Below, one piece after another: positions 50,616 to 62,300 of a stretch of 64,000 bases of DNA. The translations under genes and the position numbers were made by a program. The DNA is from Eukaryota sp. GEM-RC1 (lineage: Eukaryota), in the NCBI GenBank assembly GCA_040285855.1, contig JAUFOQ010000016.1:186001-250000 (forward strand), written 5' to 3'. Every line of letters starts with the position of its first letter. The first letter of the stretch is position 1. The notes beneath the pieces were generated by a model, which worked only from the letters and a program-made list of their open reading frames with translations, searched no databases and had not been told where the DNA came from.

Positions 50616-51283
50616 ATGAAACTCGATTCTGAAATACGACAGGCTGTCATTGACCAAGCATTCAATGAGTTGCGCAACTGGTTGACATAGTGTGTCATCT
50701 GTTTCATTCATTCCAGCATCAACTATGCAACCTATTATGAAGCTCGAAAGTAGGTCTCCGTTCACCATTTCTCACTTCTAGCTATACGAACATCGCAAAG
50801 TACCTAAAACACGATTCTGAGGAAGAAATGGAGCATTTCATGAAGTTTCGTCAGTATCTCCTTGATCGTGGGTATGCTTTATATTTCTTCTTCTGATCAC
50901 AGCGAAGAAATGGAGTTCAGTGGAATCACACCTCTCCCCCCTACATGTAGAGTCCGTTTATGACACGTTTATGCATGTACGAGAACTCGAAGAGTTGACA
51001 ACTACTTACATCTTTTCCATGATGAAGTTAGTCCGTGAAAAAGAGGTATGTAGATAGCTCTCACAGTACTTACAGCAGGACTTCATGACAGAATCTTTTT
51101 TGAAATGGTTTGACAATGCGAACTAACCGTAGGTTTGTTGACAAACAGATTGAGGAAGAAAGTGATGCAGATCTTCTGGCTGAACGTTCTAAGGATAAGA
51201 GTGTCAATGAGGTTGATATGTTCATCAAGCTCAATTCTTTGCTACCCCAGGGAGGTACTCGGCACGGACATCATCACCATTAG
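50616..51283 (+). CDS. Non-heme ferritin (prokaryotic FtnA-like) in 6 exons; introns 50690-50716, 50750-50781, 50872-50902, 51046-51078, 51108-51132
   Basis: Splicing five GT-AG introns and removing one C from the C6 run at 50936-50941 gives MKLDSEIRQAVIDQAFNELRNWLTYINYATYYEARNYTNIAKYLKHDSEEEMEHFMKFRQYLLDRGEEMEFSGITPLPLHVESVYDTFMHVRELEELTTTYIFSMMKLVREKEDFMTESFLKWFVDKQIEEESDADLLAERSKDKSVNEVDMFIKLNSLLPQGGTRHGHHHH, with ferroxidase ligands at ferritin spacing. Confidence 0.9.
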
Positions 51284-51480
51284 TTGATAAAATTCGTTCT
51301 ACTGCAGATTTAATGTCACAGAACAACTTCTAATCAACAGAGACTTCATTATCGTCGCACAAGTTATTGTCTATTACCAATAAATCTTCAATGGATTAAT
51401 AGGTTTGGATGTTATCTGTTACTATGCGATCTCCTAAAAAAAGTAAGTAATTGCCAGTATTATGAATTACTACATGAGTT

Positions 51481-52712
51481 TTAAGCATAAGAAACTTCCT
51501 CCTTTTCATTTCTTCCTTTGAGATACTCTTCTTCATAGGCTTTGTATCTTTTAGCTGCATTTTTTAAATTTCTAACAATGGAAATAATAATATAAGCTGC
51601 AATTAAAAACAATACGGAAATAATGACAAAATTAAAGAAAGATCTGGTCAATATCCAAAAATTCGGGGTTAAAGATATATCTTCAAGTGTAATAAATATA
51701 AATCGAGAACTTCTTGGATCAATCCAGAAGAACAAAACTCCAACTAAATAACCAAGAAACGCCATTGGAAAAGGGATAAGTAAAAGAGTTAAAATAAAAT
51801 TGATCCAAAATGAAGTTTGAATGGAAAAATGAGGATGATGTGCACGAAGTTGTCTCAAAGAAGCTCTCCCAAAATGTCCAAGAGATAAATTAACACAACA
51901 AACTACTGCCAAAACCATCCTAAGAACAGTACACACGGCAAGATTTGGGTAGGTAATTGAATAAACAAACAAATGAATATTAAAATATCCAATAATAATG
52001 ATCCACGTCATTTTCCCAGTAGCACTAATTCCAGTCACGTGCCGGAACACTACCTTGGGAATTGAGGGAATGTCTTCAGAAAAGAAGCCCCCAGCTTCAA
52101 CTCTGTCTTTAACAGCAATGTAGCCTAATTTGAAGACAGTAATGATAGGTAGTATGAGATTGAAAAGAAGATGGCAATGGCGTAGATTTGAATAGAGAAA
52201 AACATTGAAAAACACAACCAAAACTCGCTGTTAAACTTTCCATAGGGTACATCGTTGTAAGGCCAACAGGTGTCACTGCCACTACAAGGAAAATGGAAGT
52301 ATCCAAATGGATCGACGTCATAGGGGAAGAAGAAAGTCCACAAATAGAACGAAGCGATCCAAGAAAGAAACCAAATAAGGTTATGTAAGACGAAGACACT
52401 GAATACAACAAGTGTGACCCATGCCAAGATGGGAAAAGGGGAAAAAGCAACATAAGATTCTCTTAGAGAAGCCATAACGTCAGATCTCAAGAGGAAAAAC
52501 GATACAAATAGAAAAGAACCCAAGACAAATGAACAAAAACTGAGGAACTTATCTTGTGTGAGGATAGCGTAGAAGGCAGCAAAAGATCCGGCCGAGGAGA
52601 TGATGACAATGAATAACGGTAGTAACGCAGTAGGTGAGATACAGTTACCACATAGGAACCGTAATATGAGTCCAATACGTTCTCCAGGTTGTAGAGCTTT
52701 CTTTTTATCCAT
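51481..52712 (-). CDS. Multi-pass membrane protein of unknown function
   Basis: Many hydrophobic segments; two ORFs join by adding one T near 52164-52167. Confidence 0.7.
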
Positions 52713-52969
52713 TGAGTGAAAGCAAATCTACTGTTATTTGATTTGATTTGTGATTGAAAAACTCCAAAAACCGTCCATGGTGATCATCATTCTACATTGA
52801 ACGCTTTGTTGTTGTGCTGTTAATTCCTAAAACATTAGTCGTTCGTTCTGATAAAAGGAAACATCAAATGTTGAGTTCTACTATGACTGCTTTGTATCAT
52901 CCAGTGTTCGAAATGTGTCGGACACGTTCGAACATGTACCCAGTGTTTTATCATCTACTCAAAGATCTG

Positions 52970-53220
52970 TCATATAATTAACCAATGGAATGTCGACAGA
53001 TAAAATGTCTTTGTGTTCCAACCATTTACGATGTAGCTAAACGGTAATGTTGGGTCGGTTGCACAAGGTTTTTTGACTTCTTTTGGTAAATTGTGTTCTG
53101 AGTTTAGTAAAGGTTTCATTGAAATTTTGTGGTTGAAGTAGATTAACGTTTGCGCTGTTTCGTTACACGCACAGATATTTTATTTCAATTTTAAGTGATT
53201 TGTTTGCCGCAGTTCAGATA
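52970..53220 (+). mobile_element. 3' remnant of an RLE-type non-LTR retrotransposon
   Basis: FVFQPFTM*LNGNVGSVAQGFLTSFGKLC...RLTFALFRYTHRYFISIL parallels the end of the 27320-27973 protein. Confidence 0.8.
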
Positions 53221-54065
53221 CAGTCTACCCTGGATATAGTGCGCTCATTTTGGTACGCACTATATCCAGAAGCGCACTATATAGAGTAAAATGCTTGTGC
53301 ACGATGATCGTTGTATCTATGGTCTTTATTGTTTATAAACTAGGATCTCAGTACGTTTGTCTAGAAGATGAGCAAGGTCACGGTTCCGGAACAGCTGAAG
53401 ACCGGGAGTAGTGCTCGTGCAATTTTATGGGTGTGGTTTGCGGTGAAAGTGTGTACATCCAGATTCCTAATCAATTGACTAAGAAACACTTAGTTCTCTG
53501 CCGATTCAACATGATGAAGATAAGAGTGAAGTTGTGAAAAGGTCAAATGGATCAGAAAGCCTCACAAGCATAGTTTTCAAGTAACCTACGACAGGAAGAG
53601 GTGCGTACAAAGTTCTGAAGGACCTCAAACACAATAAAAGCCCACCACTCGCTGAGGAAGTGGAGATTCTCACAACTCTTCTCAATATCAGCAAAATAGA
53701 CACCCCATACATTGTTAATGGTATCTGTTTCTTCCATATCAGTAGAGAGAGGAGATGCCAAAGAGAAAACTGAGATGCTCTCAGTGAAGAATAGAAGTTG
53801 TCTCAGACAAAGAGTATCGTCCACAAAGATCACGGAAGCAACTGTTGATGTAGTCTCATATTGAGAAAGGATAACGCGATGAAGTTTATTGATGGAAGAA
53901 GACTATAACAAAAGTGATGGAATGCACCAAAAGAGAACATTGCACGACAGAAGGAGATATGATATACCAACAGAGTTGGAGGAGACAAAATGTCTGGTAG
54001 TGAAAAATGCGCACTATATCCAGGGCGCACTATATAAAGTAGCGCACTATATCCAGGGTAGACTG
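53221..54065. mobile_element. Tc1/mariner-superfamily non-autonomous element, 845 bp
   Basis: 25-bp perfect TIR CAGTCTACCCTGGATATAGTGCGCT; TA flanks; internal repeats of GCGCACTATAT. Confidence 0.93.
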
Positions 54066-54966
54066 TACTTAAGTTAGTGTCATATAATAGAAAAATAGAA
54101 ACATTTAAATAACGGCAATAAATTAATTCAAAAATACTTAGTTTTTGCTAGATCACATACGGCGATTATTGAATTTGCTAGTTGCAATCAATGTGCGCAA
54201 ATCTTTGATACGCACCCATCTATTTTTTCTGTATCGATGTCATTTGATTTTTATAATAAGCCTATTTATGAATAATGTAAATGATTTACAAATACTATTT
54301 TCTGAGTGGAGGTTCATACACTAGTCAAACGGAGTACAAATGCAAATTGGTAAGGCATCATCTGATCGTTTAGAAATCCAATCAGTGGGTTTTTGGGCCC
54401 TTTATCTATGTAATAACGATACAGTCAGAACAATTATAATTATAGGAAGCAGACAGTCAACTAACCGTTTTCGACAAGAAAGGGATGATCAAATGGATTA
54501 TGTATTTATCGATAGTGACTGATAGAAACTATACTAACAAACTATTTGGTTTTTTATGGGGGTTTTATATTGTTGTAATTATATTTATTTCACATTTAGT
54601 TTGGCACTTTTTGATGTTCAAATTATTTTAAAGTGTCTTATGAGAGGCCCTGATTCAGGGTGTAAATAAATAACATTATTCTTTTTAAAAAACGGCCACT
54701 AACACATTACCAATGGATAATTCCATCGATGTCTTACCAACAACACAACAATTACAAGATTAAAACATCTTTCTAAAGCCAATTTAGAAAACAATTCGTA
54801 AAAAAAACGTAGTAGTTACAAACTCAAAACACGAAGCACAACACACCATTGCAGAGATAAAATCAACAATACGAATCATAAACATGGAGACAACACCGGG
54901 AGAATTATGACAAGTCGAATCTCGAGGAACAAACAAGAGGAACCGCATCTATGATGACGTCATCAG

Positions 54967-55314
54967 CTACTCTTTAAATGCAGAATGTTGGTATAAAGAG
55001 TTGACCAACAGATGAGCCTTCTTGGATTCCTCTGATTCTGTATAAAAGACTGCACCCAAAGAACCACACTGAAATTTGTGGGAGAGTAGAATAAGAAGCA
55101 AGTTGGTCTCTTTATGATTGAAATATGTAATGGAGTCTCCGTCGACTGTAAGATCTGAAGAAAACTTGTGCAGAACGCGAACTAAGGGAGCAAGTGTGCA
55201 GCTGGAAACGTTGGGTAGTTTCTCAGCATCAAAATGCAGCACATTGCCTTCAGCATCTAAGAATAGAGAAGCTTTGTAGGAAGAAAAGGGAGAAGAATGG
55301 TGTGGGTCCGACAT
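54967..55314 (-). CDS. Small protein, possibly profilin/roadblock/longin-like fold; start at 55314 or 55329
   Basis: Intact 115-120 aa ORF with an ASLFLDAEGNVL beta-hairpin pattern and a C-terminal helix. Confidence 0.5.
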   Translation of the reverse strand: MSDPHHSSPFSSYKASLFLDAEGNVLHFDAEKLPNVSSCTLAPLVRVLHKFSSDLTVDGDSITYFNHKETNLLLILLSHKFQCGSLGAVFYTESEESKKAHLLVNSLYQHSAFKE

Positions 55315-55337
55315 GAAGAAACTTTGCATTCTTCCAA

Positions 55338-56003
55338 ATGACAATCTCAGTAGACCCCAGTCAGGAACGTTATCTTGAAGAAGAACTTATACTTGTAGAT
55401 GAAAATGATGTTCCCATTGGTACAGCTACTAAGAGAGCAGCACATCTCATCGCATCTATGCAATTACACCGTGCATTTAGTCTTTTTCTCTTTGATTCAA
55501 ATAACCGTTTACTTATGCAAAAACGTGCTCCGAACAAAGCCACTTTTCCAGAAATATGGGCTAATACATGCTGCTCTCACCCTCTGGATGTTACAAACGA
55601 AAAGAATGGTCACTCTGGTGTGGTCAATGCTATCCACAGGAAACTCCAACATGAACTCGGTATTCGCTCTGGAACTCTTTGTAATTCTATGATGTTTCCT
55701 TTGACTAGAATTCTATACAAAGCCCACAGTAATGAGTATTGGGGAGAACACGAACTTGACCATTGTGTTATTGGATTTAGTGACAATGTCGATCCGTATC
55801 CTAATCCAACTGAAGTTTGTGATACTAGATGGGTTTCCAAACGGGAATTACAAGAAGAAATGGAAAAGGAGGACCCTCGAGGGAGTGTGTTTGCTCCTTG
55901 GTTTAGACACGTTTGTGAGGCTGTGCTGTTCAATATCTGGGATGATTTAAGTACTAGTACAGTTTCGAGATTTGCTGATGATCAAATTCATCGTTTTGAG
56001 TAA
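55338..56003 (+). CDS. IDI1: Type 1 isopentenyl-diphosphate delta-isomerase
   Basis: LHRAFSLFLF, WANTCCSHP and WGEHELDH motifs. Confidence 0.95.
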   Translation: MTISVDPSQERYLEEELILVDENDVPIGTATKRAAHLIASMQLHRAFSLFLFDSNNRLLMQKRAPNKATFPEIWANTCCSHPLDVTNEKNGHSGVVNAIHRKLQHELGIRSGTLCNSMMFPLTRILYKAHSNEYWGEHELDHCVIGFSDNVDPYPNPTEVCDTRWVSKRELQEEMEKEDPRGSVFAPWFRHVCEAVLFNIWDDLSTSTVSRFADDQIHRFE

Positions 56004-57483
56004 GAATTTTATTTATTTATTATACAAGTGGAAATATCGTTTATTTGTCTAGCTTTAAATTCAAAGCAATGGGATATGTCTCATCAATTGAATTGTCAGT
56101 GTTTATGTATAAATGTAGTAGATTAAAACTACCCGTCTCTATCAAATCATCCAATAGCTTTGTCCTCAACTCACTGCTAATAAAGCTTTGGATAGATGAT
56201 TATGGGAATTGTTTTAAAAAGAGTAAAACGATTCAATGACTCTTGACTTGTTTTAGTCTGGTTTGGCCAGAATCAAAATATATGAAATAACTCCTGTCAA
56301 ATGAAGTCGTACTGTTTGTGTCAAACCAGAATATTAAAAACGCTGATAATAATAGAAATTTTGGTCAATTTTCCAAGTCCGTGTTAAACGTTTTTTATCA
56401 ATTGACAAGCCTACCGATACGGTGTCTTTTCAGAACCACGACGCTGTGTGTCTACATGTTTTGTACTTTTGTTACAAAGAACATGCCTCTCTTTGGAGAG
56501 AACCTGTTCTTTTTGCCCTCACAGTCAAAACCCTTTGCCTTGAATGTCTGTTTTTTAACTTTTAGACTTCAATGTACAGCAAAAAGTGACCAAAAATGAG
56601 CTATGATCAGAAAATTTTTCATTTCATCAAAAACCAAGGACTCCATGGTGTAGTGATGGTTAAGGAAAAATAATCACAGTCTTTACAAAATCGAAACTGG
56701 TGTTAGAAGCTATACTAAAATCGGAAACAACAATGTGTGAGCACGTGTGTTAATAACAACACAGTTGCCATTTGAAAATCATGTGGGTCATTTCGAAAAT
56801 TGCTAGTGGTATTCAGGACGGTATAAATTAATATATAGAATAAGAGCTGTGCGCATTGTATGGTATTTATCATAGCTGTGTGGTTCTGTCCACTTTGGTA
56901 CACCTCTGGAAAAGGTGCTTGTGCTTTGATTTCTACAGGTAGTTCTTCGATAGCTGTAAATTGAATTGATGGTGGTATTCCCTAATATTCGTCAGAATAG
57001 TCTTAGTCTTGTTACGTCAATTTATCTTCAGAGTGTCAAAGATAGGGTCACGTCATGTACAGTAAGAAGAACCAAAAGGCTTTTGCATATCAATCATCTA
57101 TTAAATTTTGGTTGTAAGTGCTTCAAAAATGTCCAACAATTTTGTTCACCATCGGAAATTCACTCACTACACTAGTTGACATGGTCTGATATGTTAGAAT
57201 GGCACAGTGATGGATTTCCTGCTGCAATGAAGAAATGAACAGAGAAATTGAGAAGAATGAAAGCAGTGATGTCTTCATTGTCAGTGTCTCATCAATTAGT
57301 ATTTAGAGAAGGTAGCCGACTGTTTTAACGTAGTAAGACGTGTTCAAGTTGAAGTATAGTCGAACTCTGAGAAAAAGACAGTGAATGGATCAATACTTGA
57401 CACTACAGCTACCACAGTTACATGTGGCGAATACAGTACTTACTGGTCGAAAATTCGATCAACATTAATATAGACTTTCTATC

Positions 57484-58773
57484 ATGACTCAAACCAATCC
57501 ATTAGTCAATGATTCATATCGAAAGCGTTCTAAAGCCAAAAGTATGGTAAATGACTTACTTGACAGATTAACACCAGATGATTGCTTGAAGAACCCTCAC
57601 GTAGACGATCTCCCATTCGGGACTATAGTTTTACAACAGTCTTTGTTGACGCCCATCATTTCCCACATACTGACTTCCCTGGAACTCACTTGTAATGAAG
57701 ATTGGGATTGCTATGATGCAGATAGTGTGAAGGAGCAGCTCCCATATTTAATTGAAAATGTTGGTTACGTTAGCGATAGTTTCTTTGATTCTACTCTCCT
57801 CTCAGTTAAAGTCTTTCTAGAAACAAAGACCTTTCTGTTGACGATGAAGATCTTCCCGAACTTATCTCATTTGCTTCCTTCTTTGGTGCTGAAGTGAGAT
57901 CTATCTTTCTTGAAGTTAATCCATCTCAATTTGAAGACTTTGCCGAGTATTCTCAGATCATTACTGGATTAAGTTTCACTTATGAGTGTATTGAAGATTT
58001 TGATTTTCTTAAGCTGTCGTCTTCTATTTGCTTACCTAACCTCAGGATTTTGGAATGTGGTAACTTTATGGATGCCGAAATTGGTGAAGGAATTCTTGAT
58101 GGTGTCATAGTTTTAGCTGAAGCTTTGAAAACAAAATCTACAATCACCAGTGTCGAGTTAAGTGGCAACTTTATTGGCGACGAAGGAATAATCGCCTTAG
58201 CAGATGCTTTGAAATACAAATCTACAATTTCTATGATTAATCTAGGTAATAACGCTATTGATATCGAGGGTGGGTTTGCACTTGCTGAAGCATTGAAGTT
58301 CAACTCCTCCATAAATTCACTCTACCTAGACTGTAACTGTATTGGTGCTGAAGGAGCCGTTGCTTTAGCTGAAACGTTGGAGACCAATATCACCTTAGAG
58401 AAGCTCTATTTGCATGATAATTCCATGGGAGGTGAAGGAGTCATTGGCCAATGCCTTGAAGACTAATTCTACTGTTACAGAGATCCATTTAGGCAATAAC
58501 GTGATTTATGACGACGGAGCATTTGCATTTGCCGATATGCTGAAAATCAATTCTACATTAACTAAGCTTGATTTAAGTGGAAACCCTCTTGGTCCTGAAG
58601 GTGCGACAGCGTTAGCTGAAGTCATGGAAGTTAATTCTTCAATTACTGAAATTGATGTAACTGTTAATTGTGTAGATTTTCGACTCGCTCCACCTCAACA
58701 TTCTGATGAAGGTGACAGTGCCGACGATGACGATGATCAGGAATCAGACGTGGATGAAGAGGAGTTTTTGTAG
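57484..58773 (+). CDS. RI/NLRC3-type LRR protein with acidic tail, close paralogue of 13248-14957; two frameshifts, possibly a pseudogene
   Basis: 57622-57915 is highly similar at nucleotide level to the reverse complement of 14560-14852; frameshifts near 57832 (T-run) and near 58443 (not a homopolymer). Confidence 0.8.
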
Positions 58774-59346
58774 ATGAACGATAATTGCGGTACATGTACT
58801 TAATGTTATTGTTAATAAAACTTGTTATTTCACGATTATGTACCTATAATCTTTGACCATCATTATATATGTCTAACAGAAAAAGACTTCACAATAGTGG
58901 AACAGTGTTTTGTAACAGTAAATATTCTGTTTATACAGTTTGCAATTCTTATCAATCATAAACAATTCTGTACAAAGGACTCTATAGTTTATGCTAAAAT
59001 CACACAGTCCAAGTCACCACACTCTGGCATTAATTCTTAACGTGAAATAACAAGGCATTGGCGAAGATCTACTGAAACAGCAACAAAAATCGATACAAAT
59101 TGAAATGTCATATGTTTTAACGTCAATAACTTTAGCAAATGTCAGTGCGGGACTACATTATCTGGTAAGCATGACTCCTTTTCATTAACTCAACTTTGTA
59201 AATTTTGGCAATCGAAGTAGTACGAGCTGCGGTGTAGCTACCAGATTAATCACTCCTATTGTCTATAAACTGATTGAATGAACGTATGAATCGCAGGAAG
59301 ATTGTTTGGATTAAGCAAATTTAAGAAAACAAGAACAACAAAATAA

Positions 59347-62300
59347 TTAGACCAATTCCAATTCGCTGCCAGAGTGCTTTAAACAAAAACAGGACAATAA
59401 TTATCACATTCCAATCTGGGAAGAGCTCCTTCTAGACAGATTTTAGTATTATTAAGGGAACAAATTGTTAAATACGTATTAACCCAATCAAAAGTGATTT
59501 CCAAAATCTCTCCAGGACACCACTTATCCTCAGCTCCATGAACACGTCCCCGTGACTTTCCCTCATTGGAAAAACCATGAGCATTAATCCAGGTTGTAGC
59601 TGGATTAAATAAGCGTTCCGGAATTACACCAACAAAAATACCATTTTGAGGTCCTTTGTATCTAACTCGCCAAGATCTAGAATGAGGTGACCGATTGGTA
59701 AAATCAGCAATGATGGTCACGTCATTGTTTCCATCTGTCTTGGTGACGGTTTTTCTACCATTACTCAGTGATAAAAAGGTCCTTTTCGACTTATCGAAAA
59801 TTCTATTCCTGGATTGGGCCTAATTTCTACAGGGAGTTTTAGCTTTAAAGAATTGATTTCAGCTTTAAGCTTTTGGTTTTCCGCCTCAGTAATTTGTTTT
59901 AACCGCTGGAGCGTGCATAGTTCATCATTAAATAACTTATTTCTTTTAGCCAAAAGACTTTCCTTTTCTGATAGTTGAACTTCTCTTGACGAAAGATCAG
60001 ATTCCTTTTCAGAAATGAATTCTTCACGTTTGGCCAAAAGATTTTCCTTTTCTGATATTTGAGCTTCTCTTGATAAAATGTCTGTTTCTTTGGCAGAAAA
60101 TTGAACTTCTCTTGACAAAGATCCGATTCCTTTTCAGAAATGAATTCTTCACGTTTAGCCAAAAGAGTTTCCTTTTCTGATATTTGAGCTTCTCTTGATA
60201 AACTGTCGGTTTCTGTGGCAGAAAATTGAACTTCTCTTGACGAAAGATCCGATTCCTTTTCAGAAATGAATTCTTCACGTTTAGCCAAAAGACTTTCCTT
60301 TTCTGATATTTGAGCTTCTCTTGATAAAATGTCTGTTTCTTTGTCAGAAAATTGAACTTCTCTTGACGAAAGATCTGATTCCTTTTCAGAAATGAATTCT
60401 TCACGTTTAGCCAAAGCATTTTCCTTTTCTGATATTTGAGCTTCTCTTGATAAAATGTCTGTTTCTTTGGCAGTAAATTGAACTTCTCTTGACAGAAGAT
60501 CAGATTCCTTTTCAGAAATTAATTCTTCACGTTGGGCAAAAGACTTTCCTTTTCTGACAGTTGATCTTCTCTTGACGAAAGGTCATATTCCATTTGAGAA
60601 ATCAATTCTTCACGTTGGGCAAAAAGACTTTCCTTTTCTGACAGTTGATCTTCTCTTGACGAAAGATCAAATTCCATTTGAGAAATTAATTTTTCACGTT
60701 TAGCAAAATGACTTTCCTTTTCTGATAGCTGATATTCTCTTGATGAAATGTCTGTTTCTTTGGCAGAAAATTGAACTTCTCTTGACAAAAGATCAGATTC
60801 CTTTTCTGAAATTAATTCTTCACGTTGGGCAAAAAGACTTTCCTTTTCTGAGAGTTGATCTTCTCTTGATGAAATGTCTGTTTCTGTGGCAGAAAATTGA
60901 ACTTCTCTTGACAAAAGATCTGATTCCTTTTCAGAAATGAATTCTTCACGTTTAGCCAAAAGACTTTCCTTTTCTGATATTTGAACTTCTCTTGATAAAA
61001 TGTCTGTTTCTTTGGCAGAAAATTGAACTTGTCTTGACAAAAGATCAGATTCCTTTTCAGAAATTAATTCTTCACGTTGGGCAAAAAGACTTTCCTTTTC
61101 TGACAGTTGATCTTCTCTTGACGAAAGATCAAATTCCATTTGAGAAATTAATTCTTCACGTTTAGCAAAATGACTTTCCTTTTCTGAGAGTTGATCTTCT
61201 CTTGATGAAATGTCTGTTTCTTTGGCAGAAAATTGAACTTCTCTTGACAAAAGATCAGATTCCTTTTCTGAAATTAATTCTTCACGTTGGGCAAAAAGAC
61301 TTTCCTTTTCTGAGAGTTGATCTTCTCTTGATGAAATGTCTGTTTCTTTGGCAGAAAATTGAACTTGTCTTGACAAAAGATCAGATTCCTTTTCAGAAAT
61401 GAATTCTTCACGTTGGGCAAAAAGACTTTCCTTTTCTGACAGTTGATCTTCTCTTGACGAAAGATCAAATTCCATTTGAGAAATTAATTCTTCACGTTTA
61501 GCAAAATGACTTTCCTTTTCTGATAGCTGATATTCTCTTGATGAAATGTCTGTTTCTTTGGCAGAAAATTGAACTTCTCTTGACAAAAGATCAGATTCCT
61601 TTTCTGAAATTAATTCTTCACGTTGGGCAAAAGACTTTCCTTTTCTGAGAGTTGATCTTCTCTTGATGAAATGTCTGTTTCTGTGGCAGAAAATTGAACT
61701 TCTCTGGACGAAAGATCTGATTCCTTTTCTGAAATTAATTCTTCAAGTTTAGCAAAAGACTTTCCTTTTCTGAGAGTTGATCTTCTCTTGATGAAATGTC
61801 TGTTTCTTTGGCAGAAAATTGAACTTCTCTTGACGAAAGATCAGATTCCATTTGAGAAATCAATTCTTCACGTTGGGCAAAAAGACTTTCCTTTTCTGAT
61901 AGTTGAGCTTCTCTTGATGAAATGTCTGATTCCTTTTCAGAAATTAATTCTTCACGTTTGGCAAAAAGACTATCCTTTTCTGGTATTTGATCTTCTTTTG
62001 GCGACAAATCTGATAAATCTTGATCATGGTCAACATCATCACAGGGATTATAATCTCTCCCCAGAAACACATCATCAGTTTCCGTTTGCAAAATAGAAAA
62101 TCTATTTACATGAGAATGTAACTCTAAATTCGAAGGTGATTTTCTAACAAAATGACGTCTGTTTGATGTTTCGAAATCAACAAATTGAAATCCAGAACCC
62201 TTCAATGGAGAAAAAGTTTTAAAAACAGTAAACTTCCTTTTAGAAACAGGTCGTTGTGTTTGATTGCAATCAACATGATCAAACGTGTTTTGACACGTGT

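Noticed and set aside
56638..56670. tRNA-like 5' sequence GGACTCCATGGTGTAGTGATGGTTA
   Set aside because: No anticodon arm, T-loop or acceptor-stem partner follows.
59935..61990. CRISPR array
   Set aside because: No unique spacers; it is a coding 21-bp tandem repeat in a eukaryotic gene, with no cas genes.
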